From: Rhynchopus sp. YZ270_cl-10
Lineage: Eukaryota
Direction of reading: 5' to 3'
Assembly: GCA_964035575.1 (NCBI GenBank)
Contig: OZ037835.1
Location: 124,001 to 188,000 of the forward strand
DNA length: 64,000 nt
Of the stretch, positions 10,452 through 24,916 are shown in pieces; positions within the stretch are counted from its first letter, which is position 1; each line of letters starts with the position of its first letter. The notes under the pieces are model-generated. The model made no database searches, was not told the origin of the DNA, and saw only the letters and a list, made by a program, of their open reading frames with translations. The translations under genes were made by a program, and so were the position numbers.

Positions 10452-13400
10452 TTTTTTGTTGTGTCGACAATCACCTGCTAGTGCAGGATCTGTACTCAAT
10501 GTCGCCCGAAGGCTATTGTACTTAAAAGATATAGACGGAGGTCGTCCTCAACTCTGGAAAGTCGCTTTTATTTATTGTTTATGCATTCTAGTGCTGTAAT
10601 ATACACAAAAGTTGCATCATCAAAGTTTGGGGGATAGGGTGGGTTAAAGGGGTCACGTGAGAAAATAAAGTAGTTGGTTAGAAATTCAGTACATCATGTT
10701 TCAGTCCTAACTGCATACATTGGTAGTATCAGAGGGGGACATCGTCAGTGCAAGACCCTCCGAGATGTAAAGAGTTTTAACCACTGTTGCTATTATCAAA
10801 CAGTCTTTGCGCTCTACTTGTCTTTTCAAAAACTAAAACCTAGACCTGTCAACACAAAAATTATGAACGACTTAGCTTCTGTGAGCTCGCAAGGGAGGTG
10901 TCGCCACGCACCTGTCCGAAGACTGCTGCCCTAGCTGTTGTTTACTCTTTTAAACTTTTGTTTGTAGCGTCGTTGAGAAAAAGGCTTCTGTAATAGTCGC
11001 TTTGATACGTCTGCTTATGTTTCTTTTTAAAACTGCTGTTGTTGTCATTGTTTGTAGCAAAAGGGAAGCTTTTCGGCTAAGCGTGTTAACCATCCAAGTC
11101 ACAATCCCACCAAAAAGGCCGCTGGTTTTCTTAGATGATTAGACCCTTAGCTCTCAAAAAAACCCATCTTTTGTACAATGGTAACGTTGTTTGTCTTTTG
11201 TTGAAAAATTTTGAAAATTTGCTGACATGTGCCACCTCCTCACTGTAAACCTCTCACGTTCACAGGAAAAGCATGTTAGCAAGAGGGTTGTTTGTTTACT
11301 TATGTAGACTTTGTTTGTTTTGTTTGGCTTCTTTTGGTAGGCTTCTGTAGGGTAGTTTTGGTGCGTCTCTTTAGTTTTCTTCGTAAAACCGCTGTTGTTT
11401 ACTCTTTTTAAACTTTTGTTTGTAGCGTCGTTGAGAAAAGGGCTTCTGTAATAGTCGCTTTGATACGTCTGCTTTTGTTTTCTTTTTAAAACTGCTTTTG
11501 TTGTCATTGTTTGTAGCAAAAGGGAAGCTTTTCGGCTAAGCGTGTTAACCATCCAAGTCACAATCCCACCAAAAAGGCCGCTGGTTTTCTTAGATGATTA
11601 GACCTTTAGCTCTCAAAAACCCATCTTTTGTACAAGGGGGGGCTGTTTGTTTACTCATTTTAAACTTGTTGGGTTTTTGTTGTGTCGACAATCACCTGCT
11701 AGTGCAGGATCTGTACTCAATGTCGCCCGAAGGCTATTGTACTTAAAAGATATAGACGGAGGTCGTCCTCAACTCTGGAAAGTCGCTTTTATTTGTTGTT
11801 TATGCATTCGAGTGCTGTAATATACACAAAAGTTGCATCATCAAAGTTTGGGGGATAGGGTGGGTTAAAGGTCACGTGAGAAAATAAAGTAGTTGGTTAG
11901 AAATTCAGTACATCATGTTTCAGTCCTAACTGCATACATTGGAAGTATCAGAGGGGGACATCGTCAGTGCAAGACCCTCCGAGATGTAAAGAGTTTTAAC
12001 CACTGTTGCTATTATCAAACAGTCTTTGCGCTCTACTTGTCTTTTCAAAAAAAAAATAGTATATTTTTTCTGGAAATATAGTACTCATATTTCCTGAGGT
12101 ACCCCCAATGCTGCTGAGGGATACGATTTCCCGAGCCGAAGGCGAGGGAAATCGTCGAACGAAGCAGCATTGGGGGTACCGAAGGAAATATGGTGCTATA
12201 TTTCCAGAAAATTCATATTTTCATTTTCGGTAATATTGTCCCGACGCACAAATCCGCTCGTATTCTGTGTGTCAAAAAACCCCTGTTATGGTACAGTTCT
12301 TGTGTGTCAAAATGTGTATGTTGGTGTGCTGGAAGGAGAGGGGTTCAGATTCATTTATATGATGATATTTACCGACGTGGGGGATGGGGGTAGCTGGAAC
12401 ACTTTGTCACTTTGGGACGTTGATCGTTATGTGGATGTAGGGTGTTTTTCAGGGGTATGTTAACCACGTGTGTGTCTTAGGGAACAAATTTTTCAGTAAC
12501 GTGAACCAATCGGGTCGCAATGGGTCCTGGGGGCCCGGAGGGCCCCCATGCAGGAAAAATTTTCACCAAGCCTGGGCAATGCTGGGGTGCCTATACATGT
12601 GTTTTCACGTGTTTTTGGGCACTTTTCAGGATTTTCGAAAAATTTTGCAACACCAAAATCGAAAATTTCGGTCTATTTTTCACTCTGCGACATGGTCAAA
12701 AAAAATTTTTTTTTGGCCGAAAAAATTATAATATTTCTATTTCGGATTTTACCCACGATTTGTGTACATTCTAATATTTCTGTGCCAAATATTATAATAT
12801 TACCCGGTACATGCAAAATTGGCTGTAAAGTAGCCGAAAATATAGAACCCATATTTCCAACGTCGCTGTAGGATTTGTGCAGAGGGACAATATTTCCGAA
12901 AATAAAAAAAAAAAAAAAAAAAAAAAAACAAGTAATTGCTATCGGAAAAAAAACGGGGTGTGATGTGGAACTCCATCCTGTAGAAATAATCTACAACACG
13001 CCCAGCATTCTGCTCTTCTGCAGGTATGCTAACGCTCTTCGTAAGCTGCCATACCCACTGGGACGCCAGCATCTGAAACGTTCAAGAAGGGGGGCTGTCC
13101 TCTTCGTCCAGCACCATCTGCTCGATAGCGTTGTTGGAGGTCGGCTCGGCAGGCTCGGCGTGTTCCAGCTCGTTTTTGTCCACAGGGTCCCCACATTGTC
13201 GTCATCGTTGGAGCAGTGCGGAAGGAACACAGAATGCACAGACTACTACACATCGATAACACCAGGCGCATCAGCACCTCCAGCAAATCGCCAGGATGCT
13301 ACGGTGGTTTCGAAAATTGCGCGGAGTTTTCCACAGCACACCCGTTTTTCCTTAGCAATTACTTGTCCTTGTTGTTACTGTTGTTTCCAACCACCTTCCT

Positions 13401-13884
13401 TCAACCCTTGTAGGGATCAGTTGTAATTTTTTTCGCGAAAACATGAAATTATACATTTCAAGAGAACAAATTAAAAAGGGTCCTTATTTGCGTTTTTGGG
13501 CTCCGCCCGTGCAGTGGTGGGGTCAATCTCGAAAATTGGACAATTTTTTGACTACTTAAATTTTGAGAAATATGAGCCCGGTTGCTTATACGTGGGGCCA
13601 TTTTCAGCTAAAATATTCCTCAAAATCTGGTTTTGTAAAATTGACCCTTCCCCCCCCCCCCCACATCGATTTCAATACTATACCTTACTTCACCTACGGT
13701 TACCCTTACAGGGGGGGTGAAGGAAGGTAAGTTGAAAAAAACTAAAACCTAGACCTGTCAACACAAAAATTATGAACGACTTAGCTTCTGTGAGCTCGCA
13801 AGGGAGGTGTCGCCACGCACCTGTCCGAAGACTGCTGCCCTTTTTTTTTCGTTTTCGAGTACTCGATACTCTTCGAGTACTTTG

Positions 13885-16592
13885 CACCACGCTGGATGAT
13901 AGGGGTCACATGATATAATCACATGATATTTCACATGATATAATTATATCATGTGACATGATATATTTTATCATGTGACATGATATAATATATCATGTGA
14001 AATATCATGTGGTATATCATGTGGTATATCATGTGACCTATCATGTGGTATATCATGTGGTATATCATGTGAACCGGAAAATATATCATGTGAAATATCA
14101 TGTGGTATATCATGTGGCATATCATGTGACCTATCATGTGGTTTATCATGTGAACCGGGAAATATATCATGTGACCTATCATGTGGTCTATCATGTGGTA
14201 TATCATGTGACCTATCATGTGACCTAAGTAGCACATGATAGACTTCCCGGTTCACATGATATACCACATGATATTTCACATGATATACACATGATCATGT
14301 GGGCCCATAAGTTACACACGAAAAAATTCGTGAGCTCAGTTAGTTGTCAAAGACGTCTTCCACCATGCACTGAGGAGATAATGATCCAACAATTTACAAG
14401 AAAGATTACTTAACCTACTGCTGGAAATTGCCAGGTCGTAGTAACACACAAAGTGTGCCTCCGTTCGGGAAGACCGGATATTCTAGAGACCAAAAAGGCC
14501 TCAAGAATATCTTCCGGTAGTCAAGGTAGAACCGAATGAACGGCCCAAGACCCCCGTGGAGAAGTTAAATGTTGTAATGCTATCAAGTAGAAACTGCGAA
14601 CACTGTCTTACCCTCCTCAATACATGGTGGAATATGTCTTTCACAACAAACCGAGCTCAAGAATTTTTAAACTTCCCTGAGGGAATGCGACACTACGCAA
14701 AATTTACCACCAGACCCTGTCTTCGTACACCTTCGGTGCAACACTGCAGACAGGCCAAACTGCGTTGGACTCAGAGGAATTCCTGCTGTGCAGGTATCAA
14801 TGAGAACCAAGTCCCAGCAACAAGGGGCGCCTTTTGGCGGGCGTTGTTGAGGGTGTTTGGGGTGCAAAGTTTTCCACAATTTTGATGCGCGGGTACAGAA
14901 GTGTTATCTTGTTCTTTCATCTCTAGGAATGTAAATGTCAATCGCGTTTAACTACCACTAGGGCTTGTTCAGTGAACCCACGAGGGGTCGAAGGGGGTTG
15001 GTTATCCCATATCTATCAAAGGTTGTGTCGACCAGGCTAATCCACTATGTTACGCTGTATGATGATAAATCCGAAGAAATAACAGTGCATAGCAACTGCA
15101 GGAAGTTTGTTAAAAAGAGTGCCTCACGCTACACAAACCACCACCCGCGATTGACTTAGATGTTATAACAAAGAGAATTCAGAACAAAACAACACCCTGC
15201 CCCATACACACTAAATTGTCATGCTTCAAGAGCATGCCTGGGCCAAAATTACTGTGACAAAAAAGGCAACAAGACCACCCACAAGGAGTGTGAAATGTGC
15301 ACTGGTTTTCTGGGGGAACGCAATATTTTCTTGTGCCTCGTCCTCCGCAAGCAGAGGACAGACTTTCCGGAAGGTTTCCAAAGTCGAATTTCTTGCACCA
15401 GCTATGCTCCCTGGTTAATGGCTATAGCAGTGACTGACAAAAGGTACCCACCCGGCCCTTCCACCCCCAGAATTTCGTCCGCAATCCGTAGAATTGATAC
15501 GGGTGCACGCGCGTGAGTTGTTGAATGTCGGAGACGCGCCGAACCTTATCATCGCAATCGTTGATACAGTCCAGATTTCACGATCCTGTGATGAGTGTAA
15601 ATGTGGGGTGTGATTAAGTTATGGTCGCTTGGAAAAGAAGTTAATTGATGACTTTAAGAAAAATGGCTCCCCTGAATTTGAGGATGTAAAAAGACAGGGA
15701 TGCAAAAGGTAGTGTAAAACCCCTATGTTTAGTGAAAATTATATTTTTTTGTGGGGGAGATGAAACCATACCTTGTCTGCACTGATTCGACCGATGCGCA
15801 CCTCTGGTTCTAAAAGTTTAGGGGGTGAAATTTTGACTTGTCAAGTTTTTTCACGAACATGTCAATGCGAGGTTTTCTTTGGATTTTTTTGGGTCATTTT
15901 ATGACCTACCACGCCCGATTTTTGGTCCAAAATCGACTTGTCTTTCGTAAAAAATCCATGAAAAATCGCGTAACGCAAAACCGCGTTTTAGACCCCCACA
16001 GATGCTCAAAAGTGCCAAATTTTGCTTTTAATGGCCTCAAATCGTCGAAATTAGCCCTACAGAGGGCAAAAAAAAATTTTCGAGAGTCCCTTTCCCTGGG
16101 CGGCGATAGCCACCTATCATGTCACATGATATAATTATATCATGTGACATGATATTTCACATGATATAATTGTATCATGTGAAATATCATGTCACATGAT
16201 ATAATTATATCATGTGAACATGATATAATTGTATCATGTGAAATATCATGTGACATGATATTTCCCATGATATATTTGCCGGTTCACATGATACTTCACA
16301 TGATAGTTTTACCGGTTCACATGATAGGTGACATGATAGGCCACATGATATTTCACATGATATATTTCCTGGTTCACATGATAGTTCACATGATAGTTTT
16401 ACCGGTTCACATGATAGGTGACATGATAGGTCACATGATAGTTCACATGATATATTTCCCGGTCCACATGATAGGTCACATGATAGGATTTACCGGTTCA
16501 TATGATAGGTCACATGATATGTTCACATGATAAATTCTATCATGTGACATATCATGTGAACCTACCAAATCGCCCTATCATCCAGCGTGGTG
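13885..16592. mobile_element. Second copy of the CACC-TIR EnSpm-like element
   Basis: Same TIRs and TG TSD as 2937-5644. Confidence 0.85.
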
Positions 16593-16631
16593 TGTACAAC
16601 CATGCATAGGGTCCCCCCTATGGTTTTTTAT

Positions 16632-17027
16632 ACAGTACACAGTACACAGTACACAGTACACAGTACACAGTACACAGTACACAGTACACAGTACACAGTA
16701 CACAGTACACAGTACACAGTACACAGTACACAGTACACAGTACACAGTACACAGTACACAGTACACAGTACACAGTACACAGTACACAGTACACAGTACA
16801 CAGTACACAGTACACAGTACACAGTACACAGTACACAGTACACAGTACACAGTACACAGTACACAGTACACAGTACACAGTACACAGTACACAGTACACA
16901 GTACACAGTACACAGTACACAGTACACAGTACACAGTACACAGTACACAGTACACAGTACACAGTACACAGTACACAGTACACAGTACACAGTACACAGT
17001 ACACAGTACACAGTACACAGTACACAG
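16632..17027 (+). repeat. (ACAGTAC)n microsatellite, ~56 units
   Basis: Perfect array, 44 units shorter than copy 1. Confidence 0.99.
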
Positions 17028-17670
17028 CACTGTACAAGGCAAAAATGACCAAAACAGCTGATGTTTTGGCCGAATGCCACCCTATCAGGAATATTTTCAT
17101 GTATTCACACAAATTTTTTCTGGCCTCAATACCCGCAAACGATTTTCGGTTCCGGCAAATATTTGGAGCACCAAATATCGCAAAAAATTTCAATTTTTTT
17201 GGTGTCGTCCGCACATCCCTTTAGTAAAGACCAAAACACCCAAGGCGTTGTAATTCATGTGTAATGGGGTGAAAGTGTGTGTAAGTGGGTGATAGTGTGG
17301 TACCGCCGGGACACCCCATGATCGCACCAGATATCTGTGGAAAAAGTGTGCGTGACAAGCAAGGATCATACCCTCCGCCTCTCCTCGAGCTCGGTGATTT
17401 GGGCACGGTACATCTTGGCTTCGCGATCGGCTCCAAAATACAGACCCAACTCAGCGTCCTCAACAGCCTCCTCAACATCCTCAGTGTCGCTACCAAAGTC
17501 GTCATCAAGTTCACGAACACGATGAACTAACTTACTTGTTGCGTCAATGATCTCCGAAAAGAGCGCCATCTTCCGATCCTGCACATGCGCCACGTGCGCT
17601 CTGGCACTTGCATATTCATCCTCAAGTGAGACATCGTTGGTAGCGTCAGACATACTTAACGGGAATGGGT

Positions 17671-17988
<318 letters not shown>

Positions 17989-19041
17989 TAGGGGGTGGCG
18001 CTGAGGGTGCAAGGAGTGTGAATGGGATTGGGAGGGGTGGGGATGCTCTGTTGTATCCTTTGTTTTCATCCCTAATCTCTCAACAAACATGCATGTCCCT
18101 CACCACTTCGCCAGTTGTAGAACTGATACCTTCCTCGGGAACAGGAGCACAACACGAGTGCAACACGACACATCGTTTCCTAACAACCTTCGGATTCCCA
18201 ACACACTTACTTCTGCAACACATCGCAGTCACTATCTTCCTCCCAAAACTTCCACGTGAACTGGCGTCTCTTGCCTACTTCATTGCAAAAAGGTGTAGGG
18301 ATTTGGGTGGTGGAGATAAAACTGTATTCTTGAAAGGAAAAGCAGAAGGGCGTTTCATTTGCTTGCATTTTGTTTTGGTGTTTGTTCATGACAATGACAC
18401 ACAAGAGAAGAGAGGGGGGAAGAGAGTAGGAAGCTTGTGTAGTGGGCAAGAAAGTGTAAAATACATGGCACGTAGTACGACCGCAGAAAACTACGCCATG
18501 GTCAACAATTAAGTGTTCGCTCATTATTTTCTTATTTTATTTACATTTTGGAAACGGCAAGCAGTGTGTACGAAAAGGATTAAGTTATGATGCTGTCATT
18601 GCAGGGGGGCAAGATCATCCTGTTCACGAAACCAATGTGTAACAAGGTTTTCGCAGGCTTCAATATCTTTGTGTCTATGTCCCTTGCTCCCTCCAGCTTG
18701 GCCCAGGTCTAGGTCAGAGCGTAACGGTGGGTGATGGTACTCTTGACCTCGTTCCAAAGGCTCTTCTTATTCTGTTTTCCACCATCTCCAGCACTGTCTC
18801 CCGTGAAATCAACAAGCTCTCCTCAACTATCTGTAAGTGTGTGGAAAATAAATGTAGAAAACACGAAAAAACTAAACTACTTGATTTGCCCTCACTACTC
18901 TAACTACTGTGTCTTTTTCCCTTGACCGCAGCACGTAAACCCTGAAGAAGTACGGGGGAGAGGTGGGGGGAAGGGAGAACGGTAAGACTCATGGCAACCG
19001 AAGAACGCGCCTTTCATTTCCAGACGTATTGCAGACTCGTA

Positions 19042-19101
19042 CGGCTCTTCCTAGCCTAGACAAGCAGAATTGTCTAAGGGTTGGATTGTTCACCCACTAA
19101 C

Positions 19102-19145
<44 letters not shown>

Positions 19146-19157
19146 TTACCCTACTGA
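19042..19157 (+). rRNA. Second copy of the LSU rRNA fragment
   Basis: Matches 8385-8500. Confidence 0.95.
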
Positions 19158-19187
19158 AAATAAAAAGGTGTGCGTGACAAGCAAGGA

Positions 19188-19763
19188 TCATACCTTCTCG
19201 CTCTCCTCGAGATCGGCGATTCTGGCACAGAACATCTTGGCTATGCAATCGTCTCCATCATAGATACCATACTCAGCAGCACCAGTGTCGCCACCAAGGT
19301 CACTAACCACACGAACTAAGTGACTTGTTGCGTCAGTGATATCCGTATTGAACGTCGAAAGCCGATCCTCCAGGTTCTCCACGCATTCTCGGGCATCTGC
19401 AAGATCAGGATCGTTGGTATGAAGATCATCATGTTCACGAAACCAATCTGTGACAAGCTTTTCGCAGGCTTCAATATCTTCTTGAGAGCGTAACGGTAGG
19501 CGAAGGGGATGACCTCCACGTCGTTCCAAGGCTAGGACCCGCACTGTCTCCATCGCAATCGTCATTTCCGCACCAGCTTCCTGTGTAAGTGTGTGTAAAA
19601 TAAATGTAAAATAAATGTAAAACAAGCAAAAACTAAACGAATATTTTGCCACTTGATTTGCCCTCACTACTCTAACTACTGTGTCTTTTTCCCTTGACCG
19701 CAGCACGTAAATACACTCTGTATCGCCAGTGCCGACAATGGCAACCCCGACACACACACACAT
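19188..19763 (-). CDS. Copy 2 of the hypothetical protein (intron 19581-19652); 5' end altered by a +4 (CA)n expansion
   Basis: Matches 8531-9118 except that the CA repeat puts the upstream ATG out of frame. Confidence 0.5.
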   Translation of the reverse strand: MCVCVGVAIVGTGDTECIYVLRSREKDTVVRVVRANQVAKYSFSFCLFYIYFTFILHTLTQEAGAEMTIAMETVRVLALERRGGHPLRLPLRSQEDIEACEKLVTDWFREHDDLHTNDPDLADARECVENLEDRLSTFNTDITDATSHLVRVVSDLGGDTGAAEYGIYDGDDCIAKMFCARIADLEESEKV

Positions 19764-20509
19764 GTTGTGAATGGGTCATGCTCGAAAGAGAAAATAAAAA
19801 TAGGTGCAAAAAGCAAGTAGACCACTCGCCGTGCCTCCAAAAGGTCCGAGGTTCCCTACGCCACACAGACAGTACAACCACATGTAATGACTCAACTCAA
19901 AGGTGAGTGGAGCACAAAAGCGGACAGACAGCAGGGGGGAGAGTCGCTCATCCGAGTTTGGAGTGCGGAACATTTCTCTTAACATAATCCCCCCGGATAG
20001 CACCAACATTACATGTTTGGGTAAAATAAAAACTGATATCTGAGCTTTAACTAGTCTGATCAAGAAAGAAAAGACATCAGAAAAAGATTTTTTTCGTTGA
20101 TCTGGGGTGTCCCGGGCACGGCGTAATTCATGTGTAATGGGGTGTAATGGAGGGAATTTAAACTTTTTGCTTTTTTTGCGTTTCCCCCCCGTTTTTTCAA
20201 CACGAAAAGTCCTTTTTAAAAAAAGGTGACAACAAAATCTTTTTTGGCGAGTGGAGCCAGTGTCTTATCCAGATTTTAAGTTTGGCGGGGGTCAGTTTGT
20301 TTTTTTTGCCCAAATTATTTTTTCAGCACGACCAGGGAAGACATTGGGAACATAGTGAACTGTATATATTTTTTCTTGCGGAGCAAAAAAAAACAATATG
20401 AATGGCGCCGCAGGCGAAAAATTTTTTGGGTACGGTGTAAATTCATAGCTATTTACACCACGCCGAGGAAACACCTCAAACCCAGCTGAAAAAACTGACC
20501 CCCCCCCCA

Positions 20510-20732
20510 CCTAGGCATACACTCGATGCGAGTCGCATTCTCGCATTCTCGCACAATTCTGGTCTGACGAAAAATTCTCGCACAATTCTCGCTCATTCTC
20601 GCTCACTCTCGCACGACCAAAATCCTTCTACGTGTGCGAGAATGATTCTCGCATGTGAGAATGGTGCGAGAATGGTGTGCGAGAATGCGAGAATGATTCT
20701 CGCATGCGACTCGCATCGAGTGTATGCCTAGG
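20510..20732. mobile_element. MITE with ~29-bp TIR and ATTCTCGC internal repeats
   Basis: CCTAGGCATACACTCGATGCGAGTCGCAT..ATGCGACTCGCATCGAGTGTATGCCTAGG. No clear TSD. Confidence 0.9.
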
Positions 20733-22359
20733 GGGAGCCACCAAAGGCGTTTTGCTGTCCAAAACCCATTTTTTTGAAATTTCGGTGAAGAAATCCACTA
20801 AAATGGGCGTACCTGGGCGCAAATCGCCCTGGGGATCACCCATATATCCCAATAAACCACCTGACGACCTTGACAGAGCATTTCTTGTCCCAAAAAAATG
20901 GGTTTTTTGTGAAAAAACACCCCAAAAATGCGTAACGCTCGCGTAACGCTTGGGGGCCAAAATTTAGCACTTGCCAAGAAATTGCTCCAATCAGACAAAA
21001 CTCCTTCTAAACACCCGAAAAACACTTCAGTCCACATCTTCTGGGGTCCCGGGGTGGAAATGTATGGTTTTTGGGGCTTTTAGGGGTCCTGTGTGGGTCC
21101 CAGGCGTATTTATGAGGGACGGAACCGCTCAAAATGCCCGAAATTACCTCGTTTTTAGGGTGCTTTTTCACAAAGTGAAAAAGCGTGAGACTGGATCACC
21201 TCAAAATTTAAATGAAAAAGAAAAACCAACAGCAAGAGCAGTGTTGTTGTAAAAGAAACAGCAGCACCGTCAGCTAACATGTCCACACAATATGGCAGAG
21301 GGCCACACAAAATTCCCCTGATTTGTACAGAGAAAGTTGTAACTTCTTCCTTACAAGTAAGGGAGTACCGGTAGGGAAGGAGTTACAACAAACAGTGAAC
21401 AAACTCAAGTACCAGCCTTTCCGCGTAGCACAGACCCTACATTTGGTAGTTGGTCTGCCCTACTGCCTCTTCTGCACCGTAGCTGAATGCCACGGCGACA
21501 ACTCCTTCATCTATCAACGTACCAAAGCACGTGAAAATAGAACAAAAATAAACACATTGGAAAACAACAGAGCATGTACCTGCAGAGTGCATACACCCTG
21601 AAAGTTTAACCTCTTCCTTCTAGCACAGACGTTGGTCTGCCCTACTGCCTCTTCTGCACCGTAGCTGAATGCCACGGCGACAACTTGTACCCACCTGCGA
21701 ATGAATGTTCGCAGATCCCTTCTTCTACTAACGTATAAAAAAAAACGTAAAAACAGACCAAAAACTACAACATGCCACACTGAATTAACGACAGAGCACG
21801 CACCTGCAGATCCACAGATGTTTCACTACGGTGTACACAGCCTGAGGTTAAACACATAACACAAGTATTCTACTACGGCAAAAAGATGAAAACTGAACTG
21901 AACTGAACAAAACTACAACACACCACACTGAATACACAAGAGCACGTACCTGCTGATCCACAGTTGTTTCACATACAGTGTACGCACCAACAAAGCAACA
22001 CAACGTTCCCATGCGGTCAAACGACAACACAGGAACAGCAACAATATTCCGTCACCAGTAGAGACACCGGCAACGCTTCCTTCTTGTACCTGGGATCCCC
22101 TCATCGGCATCAACACACTCCCAGTCACCGCACAGGTAACAGATCCTTGAAACCCCTCCGAAGGGGTTTGCGTAGCCTACATAAGCTGGTGATCTGCCCG
22201 AAATTGACTGTGATGTTGTATTAATAACCAGGGTTCCCACATCGGCTTGTTCCTCCTCCGGTCCCGAGCGAATCCATCATTGGAGAGGCGGCCGCCCACG
22301 CTGACTCAGTACCATGCGAACACGGCGTCCAGGGGCCCCACTTGGCGGTTGGTCAGACG

Positions 22360-22578
22360 TTAATTGCCCCCTTCTTCACTTTCGTGAGGATGATTGTGTC
22401 TCCAGCTCAGCTGCGTGATGTCGTCTCCTTCGTCCTTCCCTCCGAAGCCCATGTGGAAGCTGTCCTCAGCCAACCCCACTGCAGACGCCACCTTCCGCCG
22501 CATCGTCTCCGTTGTGTCATCCACACCCACCTCGATCATGAACAAGTTGTCGTCGTACCCCTTGATGGTTACGTCCAT
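22360..22578 (-). pseudogene. UBL-LRR family pseudogene (ubiquitin-like header only)
   Basis: MDVTIKG..EVGVDDTTETMRRKVASAVGL..FGGK..DITQLS, then a frameshift. Confidence 0.8.
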
Positions 22579-22792
22579 TTTGTCTTCTTTTTTGTGTTGC
22601 TCTGTTGTGTGGTGGGGTTGTGGGAGTAGGAGAAGACATCAGAACACTGAAGGAGGCAATCATGGTGGGAAGAAGGCACGGAGTGTGTGGAGGAAAGCAT
22701 TGGTGGTGGTAGTACGAACGCAGAAACGTGATCAGTGGAGAGCTGCCACCACGTCCTTTACAGGTGATGAGAAAGAGCAGATGTGTGAAGGT

Positions 22793-22930
22793 AGTACAAA
22801 AAGCATTGTGGAAAGGAGAGTTAGTCATTGTGTAGTTGCCGATGATAGACTTACCATAAAAAACGCTTCGGACAGTTGCAAAAGGAACCACACAATTTAT
22901 GTGGGCAAATGCCTTTTGTGTGACCGAATC
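22793..22930 (+). mobile_element. Possible Penelope-like element linker/GIY-YIG start fragment
   Basis: DSCKRNHTIYVGKCLLCDRI resembles the PLE motif 'CxxxNvIYxxxCxxC'. It starts where homology with the 34.6-34.7 kb flank breaks. Confidence 0.35.
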
Positions 22931-24256
22931 AAGGATGTTTCGCCTCCGCTGTGCGGATGTTGGAAAGGGTCCTGAGACTTCCCATCTGAGTATCGTCTTC
23001 AGACCCCACGTCCTCCCCTTTCTCTTTGCGTGCCTGCGTGTGTGCCTGCATGCATTTGTCTTTGAACTCATGTTGGTAGCAAAGCTCGCCTTCATACGCA
23101 GCCTCCTCGCCACCCCTACCTGTCCATCTGCGCTGTGACGCCCAGAGCCTTCCTGAGTAGTAGTCGAATTCCACCTGCGTCTTTGATGTATTCCCCGTAC
23201 AATGGGAAAGAGCTCGTCCCCACGCAAGAAAAACACCTTGTGGTGCAGCCGTTTTCCTCGTGGAGATCGGGTGGCAGGCACGGTACACCTCTTTCATTGA
23301 CACAACAGTCGTGTCGTCGTACTACTGGGAGAACGGTACATTCAGTAGGGAGGACGATCTGCTTGCGACACTCAAATTTGTTTCCGGGCTGTTTGTGATC
23401 GATGTCACAAACCACGCCTTTGTACTAGAAGACCGCAAGGTGACTGCTGCAGGCGTGATTGGCGAATCCATACAGATCAAAGCCGTGGTGGTGGTGTCAC
23501 CGCGACATTTGCAACCCTCAAGGAAGGGCGTGTTCACATAGACCGTGAGCCCCTCCCAGCCCGCAAACACCCCACCAACCTTCCCTGCAAAGCCACGCCC
23601 CCGTTCGTCCCCCTCGCTGCTGCTGCCGCCCACCATGCGCCCGTCGCAGAACACCACCTGCATCTGCGTGGGCAGATCTGGGCGTGGTGCCCGCACCCCT
23701 CGTGTCCTCCGCAACTCTTGCGAGCGCACGCCTTGCGTCTGTGATGGTGCCGTTCAGCGTCCAGCTGCACACTTTGTGCCGTATTTGCTTGCGTCACGTC
23801 TGGCGAGGCATCGAACTTCAGTTGTGTCTGCACAGGTGTGTCGTTTGCCTCCTGTCCCTTCGCGGACTGTCCCTTCGCCTTCCCAGCCTTCGTGAAGACT
23901 GTCGCAAGCACATCTCGAAGGCCCTGCGAAACGTCCTCCTCGAAACGCTCCGTGAACCTCGCGTGGTTGGGTCTTCACGCGTCCCAGAGTGTCCCCAGCG
24001 CCGCTTCGAGCGATGATGATGTGCTCGAGGGGTGCGACACCTCTGCGCACGCCGCAGTGCTGCCTTCCGCCGCAAGCTTGTTCTTCTCCACGTCCGTCGC
24101 AGGCGCTGCCCCACGCAGGCCGTCGATGTAGCACGCCAGGTGCGCCAACGGGTCGCACGGCATGCGGCGAAGCAGCTCGTTCACAAGCTCGTCGACCAGC
24201 TTCAGGATGCTGTGCTCCTTCTCGTAGGCCCGCACCTTCTTGCGTGAGCCGTACAT
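22929..24256 (-). pseudogene. Frameshifted gene(s) with an N-terminal RIIa/Dpy-30-like dimerisation/docking domain (ORF 23975-24256) and unidentified downstream coding remnants
   Basis: VRAYEKEHSILKLVDELVNELLRRMPCDPLAHLACYI fits the D/D pattern. GC-rich coding-like sequence continues across several frames. Confidence 0.55.
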
Positions 24257-24916
24257 GGTGGTGTGTTGCTTTCTGCAAGGTGTGTGGGTGGTGAGTGTGG
24301 GGTACATGCTTTCGAATCCAAATCTTACGGGTTTGGTGGAGTCCGTGTGAACGCAGAAACGTGACAGAGGAAAATCAGTGGAAAGCCGCCACCACGTCCT
24401 TTACAGGTGAGGAGAAAGAGGAGATGAAGGTAGAGTTCTGGGCTGTCTGCTCACTTCGGAAAATGACTTATCAACTCTTGAAAGGTGTCGGAGGAAGTTG
24501 ACTCTTGTGAAGGAGCAATCCACCGAAGCACTGAAGAATACAACGAAGTGGAGACGTCTAGCTGTGGGACACGGTGACGTACGATCCATTGCAAAAAAGC
24601 ACCGAAGCTGGTGGACCCGAACTTCCCTGAGGCGCACTAGTGGTCCCGAGAAGACATGCAGATGTTTTGTGGAGGTGTTTATATTGGGGGGTAACGCAAG
24701 ACAACAAACAGTTACAAGGGGATGTTTTGTTTTTGAAAGCTTTGTTGTACTAGTGTGCCACGTCACGTGGCTTTTGTGTGGCTCCAGTGCACGGTCCAGT
24801 TCGGATTCTGTTCACTCTGTAACCAGATGGATGTGGTTCGCCTCTGGGTGAAGAAAGTACTGCAAGCAGAGGGGTCTTTCTCCACAAGAGTTGTGACCAT
24901 GGTGTACGTTAGTGCC

